A stretch of 64,000 bases of DNA from Vitrella brassicaformis CCMP3155 (Eukaryota > Protista > Chromerida), in NCBI GenBank assembly GCA_001179505.1, contig CDMY01000414.1, positions 19,274 to 83,273 on the forward strand. The letters run 5' to 3'. This document shows, in pieces, positions 49,805-60,146 of the stretch (position 1 is the stretch's first letter; each line of letters starts with the position of its first letter). The notes beneath the pieces were generated by a model. That model was not told the origin of the DNA, did not search any database, and saw only the letters and a program-made list of their open reading frames with translations. A program made the position numbers and the translations under genes.

Positions 49805-51206
49805 CTATCTGTAGTAAGCAGTGGACGTGGGGTGCATGAGTGTGGGATCGAGCAGGATCCGCGGCCCCCCACGGGCCTGCAGACTGCCGCCCAAGATGAA
49901 CTCCTCAGATGTGGGCGCCGTCTTGCTCTCAACCTTCAACGCTGATCGATTCGATCGACACACAGGGAGGGAGATCCATCACGCTCGTGTGGTGTGGGTG
50001 TGGGTGTGCAGGTCCATGCGCACCTTGGATGGCGGGGTCTGTCTTGGGTGTGAATCGAATGTCCTGGTGCGGGGGCCACTGGAAGGTGCCCTCGCCTGAC
50101 GTCGTGGCGCCGGTCGTCTTGGTGCGCACCTTCATCACCTGCACAACACAACATACACACACACATCCACACAAGAGGCAGACAGACATGGACGAATCGG
50201 GGGGGGATGGATGGATGGATATGTGTGTGTGTGTGTGTGTGATCTCACTCACCTCTCTGATGAAGTGTCTCATGTTCTCGAGCAGCTGAGCGGGCAGAAA
50301 CGCCGTGTGTGCCAGCTGGATGTTGATCTCGCCCTCGCCCTCGGCACGGAACTCTATCTGCACACACACACACACACACACCCCACAACAACAACAACAA
50401 CAACAACACACCCACGCAACGCAACGCAATGCAATGCATGACGGTCGTCCCCCTCTGTGAATCCGCCCGCTCTCTCTGTGGTCTTCTCATCTCACCTGAG
50501 CACCCGATTTGGCGAGTTTGATGGCTTCCCGCAGGTTCGCCGTGATCGTTCCGCTCTTGGGATTGGGCATCAACCGTCGAGGGCCCAATGTCTTGGCAAT
50601 CTTCAGCACCTGACAGACGACAGACAGACACAGACGCAGGTGGCTTCTGTGTCTGGTGTGTCTTGGTGGGGTGTGTGTAACCTGAGGCATGACGACAGGT
50701 GTGGCGATGCACCGCTCGAAGCCGATCCAGCCCTTGGAGATGTCCTGGATGGGCTGAGTCAGGCCAGCAAAGTCAGCACCAGCATCCAACATCTCCTGCG
50801 CCTCTTCGTCTGGGCAGAAGACGAGCAGTCGCGTGTCGGCCTGCAGCCCATAAGGCAGCTGCGTCACCCCCCGCACGCTCTCCCTCTTCAGATCCACATT
50901 CACCCGCATCCCAAACATCACCGGGTCACGCCGCTCGGGCCGGCTCACAAACGCCTGAAGCAGCCGGGCCGCCTGGAACGGCGACGCCAGGATGGGCGGG
51001 GCCTCCTTTGTCGAGACGCCCACCTGCTCGAGCAGCGCCTGGGTGGACGAGAGGGGCTCCCGCTTGGACGGGCTGCGCTTGCGGATGAAGTGGAAGGGGA
51101 TGTACTTCTTGGTGCGCTGCTGCGCGTGGCGGAAGGCCGGCGGGACGGGGGGGCAGCAGGGCAGCTGATGGGCGAACCGGGCGGCAGGGAGGGAAGAGGC
51201 GTTCAT
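49805..51206 (-). CDS. rpl1: Organellar (probably mitochondrial) ribosomal protein uL1, 5 exons; start uncertain
   Basis: VRGVTQLPYG..RLLVF..AGADFAG..I..GWIGFERCIATP..MPQ|V.KIAKTLGPRRLMPNPKSGT, IEFRAE..INIQL..F...QLLEN. There is no signal peptide, only a basic presequence-like N-terminus. Confidence 0.9.
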
Positions 51207-51392
51207 TGGACTTGCGTGTTCGATGATCAAATGTCCGCGGAACTGGGAGATCTGCCTTCTCCGCAGTGTCCAGCCGTCGTGGGCGTCACATACACGCCTT
51301 CTTCGCTGCTTCTCCCTTTCTACTCTGCGAGCTTGGCGGCGAGCTCAAATTCGCTTCCAGTTTTGAGCACGAGGAGAAGACGCCTGTTCGTC

Positions 51393-54300
51393 ATGGTCCG
51401 GTTCAAAGTTGACGGCTTGGATGTGTTCTTCCCCTATGAATATGTCTATCCCGAGCAGTGAGTGCGCCGACGCACACACCACAGGACAGACACGCCTGCA
51501 GCAGGCGCACACACAGATCCACACACACGCACACACAAGCGGCCTCATCCCTCTGTGTGTGCAGGTACCAGTATATGTACCACCTCAAGCAGACGCTCGA
51601 CGCGCAGGGCCACGCCGTGCTGGAGATGCCCACCGGCACCGGCAAGACCGTGGCCCTCTTCTCCCTCATCACCTCATACCAGCTGGCGCATCCCGCTACC
51701 GGCAAGCTCATCTACTGCACCCGAACAGTTCCCGAGATGGAGAAGGCCCTCGAGGAGCTGCGACTCGTCACCCGCTACCGCGTTAGCGAGCTGGCCAAGG
51801 ACCGCTCTGCAGCTGAGGACCACCAGATGCCTGACGCCGGTTCTGCTGCTGCTGCCGCTGCAGCCAGTGGTGGTGCTGGTGCTGCTGCGGGACCATCGAA
51901 GGACAAGTCGATGTCCAAGGGTCACATTCTGGCCATCGGTATGAGCGCCCGGCGGAACATGTGTGTGCATCCGTCGGTGAGCCAGGAGGCCGACCGCGAT
52001 AAGGTGGACGAGCGGTGCCGGCAGCTGACGGCGCCCTGGGTGCGGCAGTCGGTGCTTGAGAAGGAGGGCAACCACGAGCTGTGCGACTTTTACGAGAGCT
52101 TTGAGCGGCACGGCGCGACCACTCTGGTGCCGCCGGGGGTGTACACCATCGAGGACCTCAAGACGATGGGCGCCAAGGCCAACGAGCCCTTCTGCCCCTA
52201 CTTTGCTGCGAGAAGGCTGCTGCAGACGGCCAACGTGGTGGTGCTCAACTACCAGTACGTCCTCGACCCCAAAGTCTCACAGGTAGGAGGAGACGAACGC
52301 ACCAGCCGCCATCGATCTCATTCATGCACTGCATTGATCAATCTCGTTGCTCGGGTGGTGCTGCTGACGTCAGGCGGCCCTTCTGGGCACTGGTGTGGGC
52401 CGCGCGCCGCCCAGCTATGCGGGGGCGGCGTCGGCCGGTGCGCAGACGTCGGCCAAGTCGTTTGCGGCGAACAAAGAGCCGAGCATCATTGTGTTTGACG
52501 AGGCGCACAACATCGACAACGTGTGCATCGAGGCCCTGAGCGTCAACCTCAATCGACAGACGCTCGAGGCGTCCAGCAAGAACCTGACCAAACTGATGGA
52601 CCAAATCGAAGAGTGAGTGAGCGTGGGGGAGAGAGAACGTGATGCTTATGCCCGTGGGTGTGCATGTGGGTGTGGTGTGGTCTGTTGTGGTGTAGGGTGA
52701 AGAGGGTGGACCAGCAGCGCCTGCAGGACGAGTATCAGCGGCTGGTTGGCGGGCTGCGGGACGCCGGGCAGATCGATGCCGACATGTTTGAGCACCTCGC
52801 AAACCCTCTCCTCCCAGACGACATTGCTAAAGACGTACGTACGGCAACCACCCACACCCACACCCACACAGACATCTCTCTCTCTCTCTCTGTGTGATAT
52901 GTCATATGGTGGGTGCAGGTCATCCCGGGCAACATCCGTCGTGCGGAGCATTTCGTGAGTCTGATGCGGAAGGTGGTGCTGTACCTGAAGACGTACATCC
53001 GGGTGTTTGAGGTGCAGTCGGAGGGACCCCTGTCCTTCCTGCACAAACTGGAGCAGGAGACATCCATCGAGGCGAAGACACTCAAGTTCTGCTACGAGCG
53101 GCTCAGGTATGGATGGATGGCCACTTTGGGTGGGCACACAGGCAGACAGACGAAGAGAAGGCATCAGTGTCAGTGGATGCATGCATGGATGGATGGCTGA
53201 CTGTGTGGTGCAGGTCGTTGCTGAACACTGTGCGCGTGACCAATCTTGACGAGTTCACGCCCCTCACCCTCGTGGCCGACTTCTGCACACTCGTCGGCAC
53301 CTACTGGTCCGCCACCAGCACCAGCACCTCACACAAGACACAGACAGACAGGCGGTGCTCTCTCTTCCATGTGTGGACGTGTGGATGTGTGGTTGCAGGG
53401 ATGGGTTCATCGTGATAACAGACCCATGGCCTGAGGCGACGGGCATCTACGACCCATTGCTGCAGCTGAGCTGCCTCGACTCGTCCCTCGCCATGCAGCC
53501 GGTCCTCAAGAGGTACCAGTCTGTCATACTCACCTCGGGCACCATCTCGCCGCTGGAGCTCTACCCCAAGATTCTCAACTTTCAGGTATGTATCGATGTG
53601 TGATGTGTGATGTGTGATGTGTGTGTGTGTGTGTGTGGCCGCTTGCACCAGGGCTGGCTAATGTGGGTGTTGTCTTGTGCTCGTGCGTGTAGCCTGTGTT
53701 GACGGAGTCGTTTCCCATGTCGCTGGACCGCGACTGTTTCTGCCCGCTGATCGTTTCCAGAGGGGCCGACCAGGTGCCACATGTCAGCCAAGGGGAATGT
53801 TGACAATAGCCTGCATGGACCATCATGCCTGTGTGTGGTGTGTGTGTGTGTGTGTGTGTGTGTGCAGGTTCAGCTGTCATCCAAGTTCGAGTTGCGCAAC
53901 GACCAGTCTGTTGTGCGCAACTACGGCTCGCTGCTCATCGACCTCGTCAAGACGGTTCCTGATGGGATGGTCTGCTTCTTCACCTCCTACGCTTACATGG
54001 AACAAGTCGTCGCACAATGGTAAGTTAAGTACGTTCAGCTTGGTCACCTCACCCGACACACACACCGGACGGACAGCCGTGCCAAGAAACAGACACGTGT
54101 TGTCTCTCTCCCCCTGTGTGTGTGTGTGTGTGTGTGTGTAGGTATGAGATGGGCATCATGACTGAGGTCATGTCGCACAAGCTCATCTTCCTGGAGACCA
54201 AAGACGTCGTCTCGACCACACTGGCGCTACACAACTTCAGGTGCGGTGCGTCACGTCGACAGACACCCACCAGACAGACACACAGCACACCACACCACAC

Positions 54301-54782
54301 CACCTCCGCTTCTCTGTCTGTCTGTCGGTCTGTCGGTCTGTCAGGCGAGCCTGTGACAGCGGCCGCGGTGCGGTGTTCTTTTCGATTGCCCGCGGCAAAG
54401 TGGCCGAGGGCATCGATTTCGACCGTCACTACGGGCGGTGTGTGGTGCTGTTTGGGGTGCCCTTCCAGTACACCTTGAGCAGAATCCTCAAGGCCCGGCT
54501 GGACTTCATGCGAGAGCACTTCCAGATTCAGGAGGGCGAGTTCCTGACCTTTGACGCTATGCGGCAGGCGGCCCAGTGTGTGGGGCGGATTATTCGGTCC
54601 AAGAGTGACTACGGCATTATGATCTTCGCCGACTCCCGCTACAGCCGCCAGGACAAGCGCACCAAGCTGCCCCCGTGGATTCTCAAACACATGCAGGCCG
54701 CCAACATGTCGCTCTCATCCGACGTCGCCGTAAGCAAACACAGACATTCATCGGGTGTGTGTGCTGTCGGACAGCCCATCTC

Positions 54783-54819
<37 letters not shown>

Positions 54820-55116
54820 ATCGGTGTGGCCAAGACGTTCCTGCGTCAGATGTCGCAGCCCTACAGGGTGACCAACGCCTCCCGGCTCGACGCCAAGGCG
54901 GTGCACGCCCTGGAGGCCAAGTGCAGAGAGATGGTCAAGTCAGCATTCCTCAAGCAACACGGTGCCACAACCACTGATGCCAAGATGGAGGAAAGCGACA
55001 AGCCGTTTACCGACAAGGCAGAAGATAATACGACTGCGACGGGCAGTGCCGCTGAGGGCGGTGCTGCTGCGTCGAGTGAGCGCCCGGCGAAGCGTGTCAA
55101 AGTGGAGGAGCTATAG
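51393..55116 (+). CDS. ERCC2: TFIIH helicase XPD/Rad3
   Basis: [32 protein letters not shown], Fe-S cysteines (MCVHP, RCRQL, LCDFY, FCPYF), [49 protein letters not shown]. Confidence 0.99.
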
Positions 55117-55192
55117 AGAGAGAGAGAGAAGAGGGCACGGGCAGTGCTGTCTGCAGTGCAGTTGCCTTGTACATAGCAGAGAGGGAGGCACA

Positions 55193-55658
55193 TGTGCGTG
55201 GGTGTGTTGCTTGATGTCTCCATTGCCGTTGTCTTCGTCAGCTCCTCACCCTCACTGCCAAGAGAGGGCGAGGAGATACCGAAGACGAGGCGAATGACGG
55301 CATGAGGGAACACACCAGCACAGACAGAGCGACTGACTGTTGGCAGAGGAAATACATGCGCTTCGTGTCCATCTACAGTGATCGTAAGGCTGGACACTGC
55401 CTGCCTATCTTGTGTCTGTCTGTCTTGTGACGTCTCCATTTCGTGTGGCTGTGGCTGTGGCTGTGGCTGTGGCTTGTGTGCCTTCTCTCGCGCCTTCTCA
55501 TCCTATGTTCTTGGCCACCTTGGCCGTGACAATGTGCTGTGGACAGACACATGATTACTGCCAAGGGGGTCGGAGGGCTAATGAGGAAGAGGCGGGGGCA
55601 CAGAAGGGAAGCAACAGCACAGCTGGCGGAGAAAGAGCGGGAAGTGCCATGTGTGAAT
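55193..55658 (+). repeat. Dispersed non-coding repeat, copy B
   Basis: Reverse complement of 59627-60077 at roughly 90% identity by eye, with a 12-bp indel near one end and an internal (GTGGCT)n tract. Confidence 0.92.
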
Positions 55659-55664
55659 CTGCAT

Positions 55665-55700
55665 TAACCCTAAAGCAGAAACCCCTAAACCCGAACCCTG
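55665..55700 (+). repeat. Degenerate telomere-like/telo-box tract
   Basis: taaccctaaagcagaaacccctaaacccgaaccctg. Confidence 0.45.
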
Positions 55701-55849
55701 CTTGAGGCTGGTTCAGCGTGGAATTGAATTGGGCGGCCGCAGGTGATTCTCTTCTTTCCTCCCAGTGACGCCTCTCACGGTCGTTTTGTCGCTCCTTTCT
55801 GCAGGCGTTCGTTCAATGGAGTTTTTCCTCTCTCTCCTCACCCTACGTG

Positions 55850-57127
55850 ATGAGCACACCCATGGAGTCCTTCGACGCTGAACTGCTGCTTGTACCATCT
55901 GCGGCGAGGAGGGGTGCGACACTCCTTCAGCTGCTGGGCGGGCTGCTGCTGCTACTGTTTGTTCAAGTGGCTGTTGGGAGCGTTGAAGGAGAGCGGCGCA
56001 GCTGTCTGTCTTGGTGGCTGGACAGTCACTCACGCACACGCACGGACAAGAAGGTGAGCAGGGGAGGGAGGAAGACAGCCACTGCACTGCACAGCACGGC
56101 ACAGACACATCGATACGTACGCACTCTGCACTGAGTGGGAGGTCAGGTCGAGTGTGTTGTCTAGTGAACACGCCAAAGACATAGAGAAACAGATATATAG
56201 ATAGATAGCTCCTCTGCTGCGCTGCGCTGCGCTGCGCTGCTCGTGTCGGCCGACGCGATTTTTTGCCCTTTTTCTTTCTGCTCTTCACTTCGCTTGTCTT
56301 CATCATGGGTCACTGGATGAGACTCACTGCCTACCTTGTCCATCTGCCTCTCTGCCTTTCAGCCCCCCTCCCCCCTCTCTCTCTTCGTCACCCTCCGCCA
56401 CCCCCACAGCCGGCCGGCAACGCAGCCTCGCAATGCTCTCAAGGCATCGCGGCATCAAGACGACAGCCCTGCTGCAGACACAGAAGAAGACAGTGTCATC
56501 TTCCCCTCCTATGGTGACGGCAGCCGCCGGCGTGTGAGATGGTTCGACACAGAGGGAGGGGTGCGGTTCAAGTGCACCGAGTGCGGCAAGTGCTGCCGCA
56601 CCAGGGGCAACGTGTGGGTCAGCCCACAAGAGCAGCGGGCGATCATCGACTACCTTTCCATCGACGGGGCGGCCTTCATCGAGCTCTACACCGAGGAAGG
56701 GGTGGACAACGACGGCTGGCGGCTCCTGAGAGACGTGCCTGACGACGAGTGGGCAGGGGGCACAAGTCGCTGCATCTTCCTGTCTGGAACAGAGTGCTCC
56801 ATCTACCCCGTCAGACCGTTCCAGTGCGCCACCTACCCCTTCTGGCCTCCCATGTTGAGGTCCAAGGAGGCTTGGGAGAGCGAGGCTGTGTGGCCGGACG
56901 ACGAGAGAGCGGGCGATGGGTCCTTGCCGCGATGGACTTACGAGGGGGGCGGGTGTGAAGGCATCTGGTCGGATGAGAGGGTCAGGCAGCATTTGCTGGA
57001 GAGCAAGGCCGAGGGATTGTTCGGTCGTTTTAAGGGTGGGGAGGAGGGATACGAGTCGATATCTGCTGAGGTTTTGAACCGATTGTGGGAGGAGTATAGG
57101 GCTTACTGGCGTCGATTCCCCGGCTGA
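55850..57127 (+). CDS. YkgJ/UPF0153 CxxCxxCC cysteine-cluster protein, probably with a bipartite leader; first exon inferred
   Basis: FKCTECGKCC, CIFLSGTECSIYPVRPFQCATYPFWP, GCEG. The frame is closed by TGA at 56318, so an upstream exon is needed. Exon 55850-56053 (hydrophobic LLQLLGGLLLLLFVQVAVG) joins the acceptor at 56362 in phase 0. Confidence 0.8.
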
Positions 57128-57412
57128 CGCAGTGTGTGAGTGTGTGTGTCTTTTCCGCCCTCTGTATTGTCACTCACTGGGCCGTGTAGTGTAGTGTGTT
57201 GTATTGTATTGTATTGTATGGTGTCTGTCTGTCATCACAGCTAGATGTGCACATCATCCATCCATCCATCCATCGACCCACCCGAGCCAGGCTCCCATAT
57301 CTGTTCTTGCTGGGTGTGTCCATGTCTGTCTGTATCTCGGTAGGTGGTGTTGAGGCCGCCCTCTTGCTGTTCCTTTCTCCCCCCTCTCTCGCCCCACCTG
57401 CCGCCGCCCCCC

Positions 57413-58033
57413 ATGGCCACCCTGCTGCCATGCCGCACGTCCGCTGCCCTCGCCCATTCCCCAATTTCCCAGCCCCAGCCCCCACCTCTCAAGATCTTCA
57501 GCATCCGCCTCCCCGACTCATCAGCAGCAATCGGCATCTCAGAGTGTCCAGGAAAACGCGACCGTGACCTCACTGCGGACCTCGACGCCATCGCTGCTTC
57601 AGGCGCCTCTCTGGTGCTCACCCTTATCGAGAAATCAGAGATGGAGAGGCTGGGCGTGGCGGGCATCGGCGAGGCCGTCTTCGAGAGAGGCATGCGATGG
57701 CGGCATCTGCCCATCCGCGACTTCAACGCCCCCGGGTCGCTCTTCGAGACGGCCTGGGTCAACGGGGGAGGGCACGAGGCACGCGCCGTTCTCAGAAAAG
57801 GCGGCCGTGTGCACGTCCATTGCCGCGGCGGCATCGGCCGGGCGGGGACCATATCGGCAAGGCTGCTGGTGGAGCTGGGCATCTTCACACCAGAAGACGC
57901 GATCGACATGGTGAGGAGCGCGCGGCCGGGAGCGATCGAGACGCTTGACCAGGAGAGGCACGTGCGGCAGTGTCGGGCGGTGGTGGACGAGCGGCACCAT
58001 GACAGGGGCGCAATGAGGGAGAGGGACAACTAG
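57413..58033 (+). CDS. Intronless bacterial-type Cys-based protein phosphatase (CDKN3-like family)
   Basis: IGISECPGK, RDLTADLDAI, VLTLIE..E, WRHLPIRDF..P, P-loop VHCRGGIGRAG (57818-57841), VRSARPGAIET..QE. Confidence 0.9.
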   Translation: MATLLPCRTSAALAHSPISQPQPPPLKIFSIRLPDSSAAIGISECPGKRDRDLTADLDAIAASGASLVLTLIEKSEMERLGVAGIGEAVFERGMRWRHLPIRDFNAPGSLFETAWVNGGGHEARAVLRKGGRVHVHCRGGIGRAGTISARLLVELGIFTPEDAIDMVRSARPGAIETLDQERHVRQCRAVVDERHHDRGAMRERDN

Positions 58034-58316
58034 CTCACAGAGAGACAGACAGACAGACAGACAGAGAGAGGCGGGATGTACGATAGATGGACGGACAGAT
58101 GGGCTGGTTAGGTTAGCGCTTATCTCTGTGGGCCGAGCTGCCATTTTGAGAGAGGTGGGCTGCAGGCTCAGTTTTGCCCTTGTGCGTGCATTGACGACTC
58201 CGTGTACAGGTGTGTGTGTGTGTGTGTGTGTGGACATATCCGACCCGTTTTTGACGTTTTGCTCAAGTAGGTGAGTAACTATGCCTGTCTGTCTGTCTGT
58301 CTGCCCGTGTGTGGGG

Positions 58317-58354
<38 letters not shown>

Positions 58355-58396
58355 TGTGAGTACGGACGGCTTGATGAGTGAATATCTCTTTCTGGC

Positions 58397-59508
58397 TTGC
58401 TTGAAGCCGCATCCTCCCCCCGAACCAAGCTCTGCTCTCTGTCTGTCTGTCTGTGTGTCTGTATTGGCTTCAAGCAGGCATTATTCCAATGGTCACCGAA
58501 TGACACAGCCCCAGCCCACAACTGGTACGCAATCAACCCCACGCACAGCCACACGTCACTGCCTGCTGTCCCTCCTCGCTCCTCAGACGACCTCCGCGAG
58601 GCTCTGTGTGAGATCGATCGCATGATGGGCCGCCTGCACGCCAAACGACACACCGCCACCGACACATGGCTCTCGCCCACACGCACAGCAGCAGCAGACC
58701 ACGGCGAGACGGCCATCCTGCAGAAGATCACCCACCTCTGCACCAACACAGCCGAGACCGATCAGATCGCCATCGCCGGCGGCGTCTTCAGCCACACGAC
58801 CGACCCCCTGTGGATGCTGTCACAGGGGGATGACGTCTCCGTGTCGGTGCGGGCGCCAGCAGCATCAGGGGGCTGCCAGCGGCTGATGGATGGCGTGGGT
58901 GAGGTCAAGCGGGCGATTCAGGGGGCGGTGTGTCCGGTGTCTGCCACTGGCGACATCGTCCCATGCAGCTGGCTGCCGGGGGAGCTGACGGTTGTGGCCA
59001 AACGGGACCTTGCAAGGGGCGAGCTCATTGCCGAGTATCATGGGTACTTCCTTGACCAGGTAGCTGTGTGTGTGTGCATCCACACCCACACCCACATGCG
59101 CACGGCACACACAGGATCTCTCTGCTCTCTGTCTCTCTCAAGCAGAGCGAGCCCTCCAATGAGCACTACAATGCCACCGTCGGCGGCAGCAGGGGCATGA
59201 CCACAGTCGACCCCACCTGTGGCGACATCGAGGGCCCCAACACCGTCTGCTCCGAGTTCGCACACTCGATCGCATGCCGCATCAACGAGCCCCCGCCCCA
59301 CTCAACTACTGCAACGGCAGCAGGCGGTGTCAACTGCAGCTGGAAGATTCGCCGGCACAGGGCGCCGGAGGTCTATGCAGCGAGGGATATCGTGAGGGGC
59401 AAGGAGCTGTTTCTGGGTTATGGCGGGGGATTTGCGGACGAGAGGCGGTACCCAGTTGCCGAGGGGTGTCGCTGGCTGCAGACTGAGGACAGCTATGAGT
59501 CTGACTGA
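58397..59508 (+). CDS. SET-domain-like protein; start uncertain
   Basis: VVAKRDLARGELIAEYHG, IACRINEP...VNC, VYAARDIVRGKELFLGYG. Phase-0 intron at about 59061-59144. Confidence 0.7.
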
Positions 59509-59626
59509 CTGACCGTCTGGCTGGTCAGACTGACTGGATGGATGGATGGAAGGAAGGAGACATCTTGTTCGTCTAAATGCCTGTGCGGATGTGGATCATG
59601 CATGAGAGGAGAAGTATTGCTCACAT

Positions 59627-60077
59627 TTCATTCAGGGCACTTTGTCGCTCTTTCGTCTGTCCGCCAGCGTGGTGCTTTCTGTGCCCCCGCCTCTTCCTCA
59701 TTAGCCCTCCGACCCCCTTGGCAGTGATCATGTGTCTGTCCACAGCACATTGTCACCGCCAAGGGGGTGGACAGCAAAGGATGAAAAGGTGTGAGAGAAG
59801 GCACACAAGACACACACTCAGCCACAGCCACAGCCACACGAAATGGAGACGTCACAAGACAGACAGACACAAGATAGGCAGGCAGTGTCCAGCCTTACGA
59901 TCACCACTTGTAGACACGAAGCGCATGTATTTCCTCTGCCAACAGTCAGTCGCTCTGTCTGTGCTGGTGTGTTCCCTCATGCCGTCATTCGCCGCGTCTT
60001 CGGTATCTCCTCGCCCCCGCTTGGCAGTGAGGGTGAGGAGCTGACGAAGACGACGGCAAGCAACACACCCACGCACA
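59627..60077 (-). repeat. Dispersed non-coding repeat, copy C
   Basis: See copies A and B. Confidence 0.92.
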
Positions 60078-60146
60078 GACGCACCCGACCAACCAAGAGC
60101 AGAGACAGCCAAGATCACACCTACTCGGCCCACCTCGCTATGGCTC

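Noticed and set aside
50457-51461. 334-aa + strand ORF
   Set aside because: It is antisense to uL1. Only its last 22 codons (from 51393) are real, as XPD exon 1.
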